Part shown: one piece after another, positions 19,195 to 27,379 of the stretch
Position numbering within the stretch: the first letter of the stretch is position 1
How the letters are laid out: every line of letters starts with the position of its first letter
Origin: a virus
Direction: 5' to 3' (one strand)
DNA: 64,000 nucleotides
IMG/VR virus record: IMGVR_UViG_3300025759_000072
Location: 25,419 to 89,418 of that record
Notes under the pieces: model-generated
Database searches by the model: none
What the model saw: only the letters and a program-made list of their open reading frames with translations
Told to the model about the DNA's origin: nothing
Position numbers and translations under genes: made by a program

Positions 19195-19461
19195 TTATTT
19201 ATTATAATTTACTTTTTTATCATTGTCAATAGATTTTTCAGTTTTATCCCATTCAAAGGTATCTCGCATTTCCAACAGACGTTTCTTATCCTTAGACCTA
19301 TCGATAATGATGTAGTTGTCTTCCTTGCACTTAATCTCTTTACAGATTACAGGCGAGAGAACAGCACCAGCAAGAGTAGCAATGATCGATACAGGCTCAA
19401 TCGCTTTTGCTGGTTGACTCAGGAAGACCAGCGGCAGCACGAAGAGAAGTCTTTTCTTCAT
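19195..19461 (-). CDS. Small exported/membrane protein
   Basis: Signal peptide MKKRLLFVLPLVFLSQPAKA. Confidence 0.65.
   Translation of the reverse strand: MKKRLLFVLPLVFLSQPAKAIEPVSIIATLAGAVLSPVICKEIKCKEDNYIIIDRSKDKKRLLEMRDTFEWDKTEKSIDNDKKVNYNK
19201..19229 (-). promoter_or_regulatory. Consensus sigma70 promoter for the tmRNA
   Basis: TTGACA-17 nt-TATAAT. Confidence 0.85.
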
Positions 19462-20059
19462 CCTTAACCTCCTTTGAAACCTTGTCTAGTTCTTTCCATG
19501 CTTTCTCAGACTGAAACTTAGACTGCATAGCACGAACGGTCATTAGACGATTACGAATGATCTTTGCTGCTTCCTTAGAGTCGAATGCAAGAAGAACATA
19601 TGAACTATACTGAATGCCATTAGGAATGACTTCAATCTTACGCTGCTCGTATCCATTGACTTCAGCATCAGAAACAATGTTCTTCGTCGCCTTTTCTACT
19701 TCATTAAGTACAGCAACATCAAAATCATCACCGCCGATCTTAGCAGTGTATGTCTTTGTCTGACTCCGCAATTTAGAATAGATACGATCTGCCAGTTGCT
19801 CCTTTGCATTCAATCGAGCGATATCGATTGATAACTGTAGATCAGGCATCGTTGCCGTACCAACAGAGAATACCACATCCTTATCCTCATGGTTCTCAAG
19901 GAACCAACTTGGAATCGAAGATGTAGTTTCCTTGACTTGCTTCTGCTTATACTCAAACATCTCTTTGTTCGCTACCATCTCAGGTGTGGTAGATGAACAC
20001 GCAGCCAGAGATAACGCTCCAGCAATCACACAAATATTCTTCATTTTATAATCCTCCAT
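19397..20059 (-). CDS. Lipoprotein (LPP20-like)
   Basis: Lipobox LAAC; IPSWF..SVGTA..DLQLSIDIA.LNAK.QLAD. Confidence 0.7.
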   Translation of the reverse strand: MEDYKMKNICVIAGALSLAACSSTTPEMVANKEMFEYKQKQVKETTSSIPSWFLENHEDKDVVFSVGTATMPDLQLSIDIARLNAKEQLADRIYSKLRSQTKTYTAKIGGDDFDVAVLNEVEKATKNIVSDAEVNGYEQRKIEVIPNGIQYSSYVLLAFDSKEAAKIIRNRLMTVRAMQSKFQSEKAWKELDKVSKEVKDEEKTSLRAAAGLPESTSKSD

Positions 20060-20167
20060 TCTGTATTTTTAACTCCACAAAACTTGTCATATACTTGATC
20101 AGTATATGGCATCCATTCAGGCATAGTATATACTAAACCAACACCAATAACAACACCAACAATAACC

Positions 20168-20695
20168 TTAATCATTACAAACTTCCTTGTAACCTTTCAG
20201 TCTATATCCTTCACCATATTGAACTGTTGCTTCTACTAACTTACATTTTTTATTCAAAACAACTTCCTGAACCTCACCATACTTCGGCAATCGATGGGGT
20301 AATGGAATCTTGAGTTGATTATCAGTCTTTCCAATCTTTGTATTACACTTCATAGATGTTGTTGATGAAAACATCTCAGGCGACACTCGGCGATAGATAG
20401 AATCTTTGGCTCTTGTAATAGCCCTATCACACGCCTCGTCTTCAGCCATGGATGTATCAAACACGAACGAAGAAATACCACGATGCCATTCACCATCGAC
20501 CTTGCTGCGAATAATAATAAGGCATTTCTTTGCACCATGAAAGTCAATTACCTTCCGCTTCTCAATATTCGTCTGTTCAATCTTCTTTACATGAACAGAA
20601 GAGACATCGCGGTCATAGTTACATTCACCATACGCTACTGTAGGAATGAGTAACAGAGGCGTAAACTTACTGTATCGAATGAGAGATTTTAACAT
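20168..20695 (-). CDS. Hypothetical exported Cys-containing protein
   Basis: Signal-like N-terminus, several Cys. Confidence 0.6.
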   Translation of the reverse strand: MLKSLIRYSKFTPLLLIPTVAYGECNYDRDVSSVHVKKIEQTNIEKRKVIDFHGAKKCLIIIRSKVDGEWHRGISSFVFDTSMAEDEACDRAITRAKDSIYRRVSPEMFSSTTSMKCNTKIGKTDNQLKIPLPHRLPKYGEVQEVVLNKKCKLVEATVQYGEGYRLKGYKEVCND

Positions 20696-21083
20696 CGATC
20701 TTATCGCTTTCCGGTTTCAACTTAGTTCTTGTTTGATACACTTTACCACCAAGTTCATATGTCACAAGGAATCCTTCAAGCACCGTTTGGACTTCTGTGC
20801 GGTGTAGAGTCTTACACTCCTCAACATAGATCGTCGCTGTTGGAGCAGTGACTTTCTTGAACATCCTTTGAAAGATATCATCTGTGTTATAGATTTGGTT
20901 CGCACCCTTTGTGATCGGGATTACCTTTCTTATCATATCACATTTTTCATATGGTATCGATACTGTTGTGTTTCGAGTCAAGGGTTGTGTTTCAATGATC
21001 GTGCCAGATAATGTTTCAGCGTTTGCTTGGTCAATCATTAAGATTGATGTGAAAAACATAATGGATGCTAGTTTATTTTTCAT
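20667..21083 (-). CDS. Hypothetical exported protein
   Basis: MKNKLASIMFFTSILMIDQANA signal; start trimmed to 21083. Confidence 0.6.
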   Translation of the reverse strand: MKNKLASIMFFTSILMIDQANAETLSGTIIETQPLTRNTTVSIPYEKCDMIRKVIPITKGANQIYNTDDIFQRMFKKVTAPTATIYVEECKTLHRTEVQTVLEGFLVTYELGGKVYQTRTKLKPESDKIDVKISHSIQ

Positions 21084-21174
21084 AACAAACTCCGAAATCT
21101 TGTTTATTATAAATAGTGTTAGTCGCGGAGAGGCAACTCCCACTAACTCTAAACCTGTAAAGGAGGTCCAGCAT

Positions 21175-21702
21175 ATGACTATATATCACAATCACCACAT
21201 CATTCCTAAACACATAGGTGGTACTGACGACCCATCAAATCTTGTTCGTTTGACTGTAGAAGAACATGCCGAAGCACATCAAAAACTCTATGAAGAACAC
21301 GGTCGTTGGCAAGATTATTGCGCATGGAAATCACTCAGTGGTCAAATAACTGATTCTGAACGTAATATACTTCGTTCTAAGAACAGAGATACCAGTTACA
21401 TGCAATCCGAAGAGTATAGTAAGAAAGTATCGGAAGCATGTAAGGGAAGGTCTCCAACTAAAGGTTGTTTTCAAAAAGGACACAAACGTTCCAAACAGTC
21501 TATTGAAAAACAGAAATCTAAAATAACTGGCAAAAAACGTGGACCTTACAAATACAATCATGAGAAATGTTCAAAAAAAGTTACTGTTTATGGTAAAGAA
21601 TACCCCAGTGTCGCCGCTGCTAAACGGGACACTGGGCACTCCTATTATACTATCATGCGGCTTCAGCCATCTCAATGGCAGTTTCAAGAGCCTTTGCTTT
21701 GA
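21175..21702 (+). mobile_element. Free-standing HNH homing endonuclease
   Basis: HNHHIIPKHIGGTDDPSNLVRLTVEEHAEAH; NUMOD-like basic C-terminus; late promoter 21108-21115; AGGAGG RBS; inverted relative to neighbours. Confidence 0.88.
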
Positions 21703-22600
21703 GTTTGGAGTTATAACCATACCAAGCAGAGGTTAGGCGAGTGTCGTCAGAACGACCCAGAGTGTGGTCGGTCATGTAGGTGACGGTATTGAATGCCGCC
21801 CAAAAAGTACCAGCACCAAACTCTGCACCAGGCTGAGTGTGAAGAACTTCCATTGCCTCTTTAGAGTTACGAGAGACAGCATTTTCCTTGCCCTTCGCAT
21901 TGGAGGTAACAGGGAAGATACGATTGAAGTACTCAACGATGTTATCGTTAGTGAACCGCTTGGAACCAAGGAACTGAGCAGCCTCCTTGTAGGTATCCAA
22001 CTTCTCCTTAGCAACACCGAGTTGTGCTTTCACCTCATCGGCGTCGAAGACACGACGGTGATTGACCTTCACAGCGTAGTTAGTCACACCCTGAAGAGCC
22101 ATCGAAAGCGTATTCCAGCAAACGACACGAGTCGGCGTCATCTTCACGTCAATGGTCTGACCATACTTGTGAGGATTAGAGAACAGAAGGTACTGTTCAA
22201 CAACATCGTTCTTAAACACTTCGAAAGCATCATTGACCTTCGCAAGTGCCCATACACGGGAACCATCAGTCAACGCACCAGCGGTATGCATTTCCATATC
22301 GCCAGCAGCAACGAAGTCATTAAAGAAATCGAATGCTTCGGTATTCTGAAGCGGATTCCAGTCTTCGCCGATAACGTCAAAGAACTTGTCATCGGAAGAA
22401 CGGTAGAGAGCTTTCTTGCCAGGAACGACGATTTGTTCGCCATCAGAACCAGTAACGGTCATGTCACGAACTTCGACTTCCCAGTCAAGACCAGCCTTTT
22501 CGAGCATCTGCTCTGGAGTCAGATCAGAACTGACCGGAACACCAAGACCGTGCCACGGAACTTCACCTGCGTATGCCATTGTTTCAACTGCTGCAACCAT
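21653..22600 (-). CDS. DUF932 / TIGR03299-type phage-plasmid protein
   Basis: VETMAY..PWHGLG..AGLDWEV..LQN.EAF.FF..TPTRVVCWNTL..NTVTYMTDH. Confidence 0.9.
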   Translation of the reverse strand: MVAAVETMAYAGEVPWHGLGVPVSSDLTPEQMLEKAGLDWEVEVRDMTVTGSDGEQIVVPGKKALYRSSDDKFFDVIGEDWNPLQNTEAFDFFNDFVAAGDMEMHTAGALTDGSRVWALAKVNDAFEVFKNDVVEQYLLFSNPHKYGQTIDVKMTPTRVVCWNTLSMALQGVTNYAVKVNHRRVFDADEVKAQLGVAKEKLDTYKEAAQFLGSKRFTNDNIVEYFNRIFPVTSNAKGKENAVSRNSKEAMEVLHTQPGAEFGAGTFWAAFNTVTYMTDHTLGRSDDTRLTSAWYGYNSKLKAKALETAIEMAEAA

Positions 22601-22690
22601 AATATATCTCCTGTTAGGTTGTTTCACTCAATCAATATAATAACTATAACTTATTTTGATAAAAAAGTCAATAGTTATTTTTAAAAAAGA

Positions 22691-23056
22691 TTAAGCGCCA
22701 GTCCAACTGGCGCTATAAGTTTCGTCAAAGATGTTGCCACGAGCAAAGTTCCGAGCAGGAGTTTTCCAACTTGCGGCTTTCAGAATGTCGCCAAAAGCAA
22801 ACTTTGGGTCATCGTGGGTGTTCACAATGAACGAGTGAACAGAACCTTTCTGAACAACCTTGACATATTTGCTACCCATCTTGAATGACAGACTTTCTGT
22901 AAAGTCGGCAATCATGCGTTCTTTCGTTTCAATCTTGCCAAACTTGCCACGATTCATCCATTCTGTGTAGTCAGTATAAATGTGGTCAAGATAACGACGA
23001 AGTGAGGTTTTGATTTCAGTGTTGCTCATTTGAGTCTCCGTTTGTTTTCTCATCAT
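22691..23056 (-). CDS. Early hypothetical protein (start at 23056 leaderless or 23029)
   Basis: GSKYVKVV..SVHSFI..GDILKAASWKTPARNFARGNIF, a recognisable phage small-protein family. Confidence 0.75.
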   Translation of the reverse strand: MMRKQTETQMSNTEIKTSLRRYLDHIYTDYTEWMNRGKFGKIETKERMIADFTESLSFKMGSKYVKVVQKGSVHSFIVNTHDDPKFAFGDILKAASWKTPARNFARGNIFDETYSASWTGA

Positions 23057-23087
23057 ATATACATTATATCTTGTTTTTAAAAATAAG

Positions 23088-23276
23088 TCAACCCCTAAAA
23101 TCACTTTTTTCAATAAAATGTATTTTATATGGAAAGTCTTCGCCGAACCGCCATTTAGCAAGTTCTCGTGCGATTCGTGTATTTGGCGCACGGACCACCA
23201 TCGTCTGATCTTTGCGGTTGGCAAAGTCATATCCAATCGTGTAGAGATCGTAGTCTTCGAACGTGTAGGTGCTCAT
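23088..23276 (-). CDS. Small early hypothetical protein
   Basis: 62 aa, GGAGG RBS. Confidence 0.6.
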   Translation of the reverse strand: MSTYTFEDYDLYTIGYDFANRKDQTMVVRAPNTRIARELAKWRFGEDFPYKIHFIEKSDFRG

Positions 23277-23279
23277 TAC

Positions 23280-23492
23280 TCAACCTCCAGAAATCTTAAC
23301 AGAACGTTCGAGAACACCATCAAGAGCATCAAGAGTCTTGACAAACGTCATCAACTGATCGTGTAAATCGTGTGATCCAGTGGTGGTTGTGTCTTGATCA
23401 AGAGCAGTAAGCACGTTCAGTTTCTGGCGAATCTGCTCAGAAAGACCAGACATGTTACCAAGAATTTCGAGTTTCATATGTTCGTTTTTCAT
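23280..23492 (-). CDS. Small early helical protein
   Basis: 70 aa, AGGAG RBS. Confidence 0.65.
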   Translation of the reverse strand: MKNEHMKLEILGNMSGLSEQIRQKLNVLTALDQDTTTTGSHDLHDQLMTFVKTLDALDGVLERSVKISGG

Positions 23493-23582
23493 TATATATC
23501 TCCTATCAAAGGTCTAAAAAGAGAGATTAGCAGTGGCTCTTAACCCTAACCCGAAGGTGCCAGAAATCTCTCTAATCGTTCG

Positions 23583-23822
23583 CTACTTTACAGCGCGAAC
23601 GTAACGTTGGACATCGCTGTCTACAAACTTGCCCGTGGAAGCCCACGAACGGAATGCAGAACACTCTAGGAAACCAGCTTCACACTTCTGAGCGTGTTCA
23701 CAAGTCTCACAGGGCATAGCCATGTCGTCAATCATCGTTTCAGGTTGAAACGATTTCTTAGTGGCTTTCTCGAACTGAAACTCAGAATCGTAGCCGATAG
23801 AAAAGTAATCACGAGACATCAT
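23583..23822 (-). CDS. Small Cys-cluster protein
   Basis: PCETCEHAQKC..LEC.AF; AAGGAG RBS behind a promoter cassette. Confidence 0.7.
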   Translation of the reverse strand: MMSRDYFSIGYDSEFQFEKATKKSFQPETMIDDMAMPCETCEHAQKCEAGFLECSAFRSWASTGKFVDSDVQRYVRAVK

Positions 23823-23912
23823 ATACTCCTTTTTTCATCTCATCATATACACAGTATATCTTATTTTTAAAAATAAGTCAACCCCTAAAATGCATTATTT
23901 TTAAAAAAAATT

Positions 23913-23965
23913 ATATCTTTGGATACTCGTCGGAAATCAAACGTTCGACGAGTATCCATTGATAT
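23913..23965. terminator. 13-bp perfect inverted repeat (terminator or processing hairpin)
   Basis: TGGATACTCGTCG (23920-23932) / CGACGAGTATCCA (23946-23958). Confidence 0.6.
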
Positions 23966-23967
23966 TT

Positions 23968-24189
23968 TTATGCTCGGCCCGCATAGTAACCCATAGAAGC
24001 AAGGTTTACTTGCTTACGGCCGCGATTGGTAACGCTGGAAGAATTACGGAAAGTCTTCACTTTCTTCTTTGAAGCGGGTAATACAGTAATCTTAATGCCC
24101 GTTTCAAGTTCTTTAGCGATCAGTTTACGGATTTCAGATTTGGTCATCTCAATTCTCTCTTTCGTGGTGTGTGTCTGTTTTCTCATCAT
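23968..24189 (-). CDS. Small basic early protein (start at 24189 or 24147)
   Basis: Behind a promoter cassette. Confidence 0.65.
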   Translation of the reverse strand: MMRKQTHTTKERIEMTKSEIRKLIAKELETGIKITVLPASKKKVKTFRNSSSVTNRGRKQVNLASMGYYAGRA

Positions 24190-24293
24190 ATACACAGTAT
24201 ATCTTGTTTTTAAAAATAAGTCAACTGTTTTTTTCAATAAAAACAAAAAAAGTTTTGTTTAAAATCAATAGGTTAGAATTTTTTTGTATTTTT

Positions 24294-24584
24294 TCAACCT
24301 ACCATCGAATCAACGAATTTCACCATATCTTCAGCGAAAACGTCTTCTTCACGTTTTAACACTTTGTATTCAAACTTGCGAACCTTACCGAACTCAATAT
24401 CGTATAGATCACGACCGTTCAGTTTGATGGTCACATAACCTTTATTCTTTACCATACCAGTGGTTTTAAACCGCAAACCATCTTCCATGGCAACCATATC
24501 TTTAGCGCCCCAAGCCCAAGTAGCCATCGGGTCAATCATCCTAATCTGTTCAAGGATCGTTTTTGCTATGCTCATTTGAATCAA
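24294..24584 (-). CDS. Small early hypothetical protein
   Basis: IAKTILEQI..WGAK..GL.F..V.I.LNG.DLYDIEF; recognisable phage family. Confidence 0.75.
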   Translation of the reverse strand: MIQMSIAKTILEQIRMIDPMATWAWGAKDMVAMEDGLRFKTTGMVKNKGYVTIKLNGRDLYDIEFGKVRKFEYKVLKREEDVFAEDMVKFVDSMVG

Positions 24585-24769
24585 CCTTTCAATCCGTCAG
24601 TGAGACCCATCATTTCACATTCGCGGGGAAATTCAATCCACATTTGCTTGATTAGGTCTTCACGCTGTTTCTGAATCTCGGGAATTTCACAAATTTCCGA
24701 AAGTTCGAAGACCAGTTCAATCATGCTTTTAAACTTTTCCATGTTCATCTCTCTCTGTTTTCTCATCAT
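24581..24769 (-). CDS. Small early hypothetical protein
   Basis: Behind a promoter cassette. Confidence 0.6.
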   Translation of the reverse strand: MMRKQREMNMEKFKSMIELVFELSEICEIPEIQKQREDLIKQMWIEFPRECEMMGLTDGLKG

Positions 24770-24817
24770 ATACACAGTATATCTTGTTTTTAAAAATAAG
24801 TCAACCCTTAAAATGCA

Positions 24818-25141
24818 TTATTTTGTTTTAATAATGTATGCAGGCTTAGACGAATCCATCTTGATATCGTCATTGATTACCTCTACATCTTCTTTAACGA
24901 AGACTCCAATAGGAGAACCGTTGATGGAGGTTTCACCTTCACGCTTGATTTCACCGAAAGGATAAGAGCAGGTGATCGTTTCAGCACCAGAGTACTCGTC
25001 TTCCTCTGCCCATTCTACGGTGTATCCGCTTTCAGTAACAGCGACAACAACACCTTCTGAGATAGGATACATCGCACCCCAGTTTCCGATAACTTCTGTT
25101 CCAACTTCAATCATGTTCATCTCTCTCTGTTTTCTCATCAT
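24818..25141 (-). CDS. Small early beta-rich acidic protein
   Basis: Behind a promoter cassette; VGTEVIGNWGAMYP..SPIGVF. Confidence 0.7.
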   Translation of the reverse strand: MMRKQREMNMIEVGTEVIGNWGAMYPISEGVVVAVTESGYTVEWAEEDEYSGAETITCSYPFGEIKREGETSINGSPIGVFVKEDVEVINDDIKMDSSKPAYIIKTK

Positions 25142-25216
25142 ATATACATTATATCTTGTTTTTAAAAATAAGTCAACTGTTTTTTTAATAAAAACTAAAA
25201 AAAGTTTTGTTTAAAA

Positions 25217-25348
25217 TCAATAGGTTAGAACTTTTTTGTATTTTTCTTTTCGAGTGTACTTCGTCCTATCCCGGACAACACGGGGCTTGAAGGCGCTATC
25301 CTTAGTGAACAGCATCTTGGCGAGGCGAATTTTCTTTTGTTTTCTCAT
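25217..25348 (-). CDS. Basic 43-aa peptide, ArfA-like (not in ORF track)
   Basis: MRKQKKIRLAKMLFTKDSAFKPRVVRDRTKYTRKEKYKKVLTY*; ATGA overlap with the upstream ORF. Confidence 0.55.
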   Translation of the reverse strand: MRKQKKIRLAKMLFTKDSAFKPRVVRDRTKYTRKEKYKKVLTY

Positions 25349-25749
25349 AATCTCAACGCAATGTCGTCAGCAATCATCTGGTCCATACCAGCGGGAGTCA
25401 TCGGATAACCACGCTGTTTGAGGATCTTAGCGACATGGGGAGATACGTAACCCTTAGTCTGAAGAGCCTGGAGAGGAGCCAAACCACTTTCTAACAGCGC
25501 AAGGTATTCTTCAACCGTGAAGTTTTCACACAAGAACTTTTTGAAAGCAACCATGCCACCACGCTTGAATCGAGCAATGAAGGCTTCTTTCGGCATACCA
25601 ATTCGACTAGGGTGGATCTTGTCTGCACCATAGACCTCATCGTATGTCTTCTGACCAGCAAAGGGTCCGACGTAGTTGAGGTACATACCGTCAAATTGGA
25701 AATTCTTGTTCACAAACTTAGTCATCTCAATCTCCTTATCAATCATCAT
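25345..25749 (-). CDS. Early hypothetical protein
   Basis: F.FDGMYL.Y..FIARFK..FKKFLCENFTVEEY..APLQAL..KGY. Confidence 0.75.
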   Translation of the reverse strand: MMIDKEIEMTKFVNKNFQFDGMYLNYVGPFAGQKTYDEVYGADKIHPSRIGMPKEAFIARFKRGGMVAFKKFLCENFTVEEYLALLESGLAPLQALQTKGYVSPHVAKILKQRGYPMTPAGMDQMIADDIALRL

Positions 25750-25828
25750 AAGTGTATAATAACTTATGCTGAGAAATAAGTCAACTGTTTTTTTAATAAA
25801 AACTAAAAAAAGTTTTGTTTAAAATCAA

Positions 25829-26308
25829 CTACTTAGCGTTTTTAGGGAATATTTTTTGAACTGGGAAGTCATAAAAGACGAAAATTTGATCAGACGTTTC
25901 AAGACGCTGATTCTTTTTACCCTCTTTTTTCTTCAATTTACCGACCTGAGGAATACCAGCCGCTGCTCGTTTTTGAGCCTTTTTGAGAGATTTCTGTTTT
26001 TCTTCGGACCACTCGAATCGAATCAGTTTATCGTCGGTATCATCGATGATCCACATAGTGATATATTTCTGCCCGTTAACCTTCGTCACTGAATATGACT
26101 TAAAAATAAACTCATCTTTCGGCATCTCGTATTTGGCTCGACCAATGAACTGCTCGTTAACCTGAAATGATAAAAAGACAGAAAATAGAATGAATGGTAC
26201 GGCAGCATACCTCAACCATGTCTTTTGTACAATAAAAGGAAGAAAGCAGATTGCGCCTGTCACGATCCATAAGATCATCAGGTTTGTGGTTGTGAACATC
26301 ATAATCAT
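25829..26308 (-). CDS. Membrane protein, third gene of the MotA/ExbB-like module
   Basis: Two N-terminal TM helices; overlaps the upstream stop. Confidence 0.7.
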   Translation of the reverse strand: MIMMFTTTNLMILWIVTGAICFLPFIVQKTWLRYAAVPFILFSVFLSFQVNEQFIGRAKYEMPKDEFIFKSYSVTKVNGQKYITMWIIDDTDDKLIRFEWSEEKQKSLKKAQKRAAAGIPQVGKLKKKEGKKNQRLETSDQIFVFYDFPVQKIFPKNAK

Positions 26309-26943
26309 GGCGCGCCGTACTTCATATACATTTGTTTTGATGTTGCAATTCTTGTCTCATTGTCTGTAAAAATAACGTTACCATTTCGAACATCAAATGA
26401 CGCTACAAACTTCTCGACGCCTTTCTCTTCAAGATCGAACTTTTTGACTTTAAGAATCTTATATGGATTCACTTGAATGATCTCTACAGTCACATCTTTC
26501 TCTATTCCATAACCGTCGTAGTAATGTGTGGTTACCGAAAACGATCTATCTGATTTTGAACGAATGCTAATCACTTCACGATTAACGAAGATTTCTTCTT
26601 TACTCTCTTGTGGTTTATTGTCAACTGAAGTATTAAGTGTATCATTCTTTTGGCCTAAATCATCTCTATCGAGATTCATTAGAGCGATATCTTTACTACG
26701 GAAACTTACGATGTTATCTGCATCATCCTTTATCCACAAATCAATATCGTTACCGCTTTCATCATTCCATTTTAGAACAATCAAATATTCAGCCTTTGGT
26801 TCAAAGGTATCCTTCTTAGCAACTGGATTGATTAGAATGAAAGCAAGCAGAAACAGAAATACGAATCCAATCAGCAGATTGAATAGTAAATCAACGAATC
26901 CAAGTGTGCTTTTATATCTACTCGTTTTGTTCACTGTTTTCAT
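26305..26943 (-). CDS. MotB/ExbD/TolR-like single-TM protein with periplasmic domain
   Basis: GFVDLLFNLLIGF (Asp at the TM start), then W..ESGNDIDLWIKD..LDRDDLG. Confidence 0.65.
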   Translation of the reverse strand: MKTVNKTSRYKSTLGFVDLLFNLLIGFVFLFLLAFILINPVAKKDTFEPKAEYLIVLKWNDESGNDIDLWIKDDADNIVSFRSKDIALMNLDRDDLGQKNDTLNTSVDNKPQESKEEIFVNREVISIRSKSDRSFSVTTHYYDGYGIEKDVTVEIIQVNPYKILKVKKFDLEEKGVEKFVASFDVRNGNVIFTDNETRIATSKQMYMKYGAP

Positions 26944-27379
26944 ACACCACCAACTGAATCTGTGTGAGAGTTGAGCAAACAAGGCCAACTAACGTAGTTA
27001 CCAGAGCGGTGCTCATACCAACTGCCATTGCCTGAATTGAATCTTGAACATTCTTAACATTTGATACATCAAGCGTCTCAAACGCTGTACCAAGCATAAG
27101 AAGGAATCCAGCAACAGTACCAATCATACCAAGACGTGTCATTGCTTCTGCAGCAAATGAAACATAATCAACGATCTTATCATTTGTCAGTTCCCATGTT
27201 GATCGAGAACTTAACCAACCAACAGAAAGTGTAGATAGAACGAAGATAAAAATAATCAGAAAACTGATCTTTGTAAGATCAGCATCATACATCATCTCCC
27301 ACCAATCATAGTGATACATCAGACCAGTGGCAAATGCGGTCAACGAAAACTGAATCCACCACTTCAACATTGCGTTCAT
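26918..27379 (-). CDS. MotA/TolQ/ExbB proton-channel family protein
   Basis: LGMIGTVAGF...MAVGMSTALVTTLVGL signature helices. Confidence 0.85.
   Translation of the reverse strand: MNAMLKWWIQFSLTAFATGLMYHYDWWEMMYDADLTKISFLIIFIFVLSTLSVGWLSSRSTWELTNDKIVDYVSFAAEAMTRLGMIGTVAGFLLMLGTAFETLDVSNVKNVQDSIQAMAVGMSTALVTTLVGLVCSTLTQIQLVVYENSEQNE

Larger units (their letters stand above)
22640..25835 (-). repeat. Array of repeated early-promoter cassettes GTTGACTTATTTTTAAAAACAAGATATA(C/A)TG..TATATGATGAGAAAAC (copies near 23045, 23835, 24180, 24760, 25130; variants near 22640 and 25745)
   Basis: Near-identical 45-110 nt direct repeats, TTGACT-17-TATACT/TATAAT, each preceding a small ORF. Confidence 0.9.

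Noticed and set aside
19114-19467. 117-aa + strand ORF
   Set aside because: Antisense to the tmRNA acceptor piece and a minus-strand gene.
20911-21174. N-terminal extension of the HNH ORF
   Set aside because: The late promoter and RBS place the start at 21175.
21764-22684. 306-aa + strand ORF
   Set aside because: Antisense shadow of the well-supported DUF932 gene; no motifs.
23515-23578. c-di-GMP-I riboswitch
   Set aside because: Only a superficial GGC..GCC resemblance; it lacks the GNRA/receptor and second-stem consensus.
23040-25835. Repeats as a CRISPR array (a Cas4-like nuclease lies nearby)
   Set aside because: The spacers are hundreds of nt long and contain genes, the repeats are promoters, and the nuclease is the usual T4-like phage exonuclease.
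25829-27379. Zorya defence system
   Set aside because: No long ZorA tail, no OmpA-like ZorB domain and no zorC/D/E genes.
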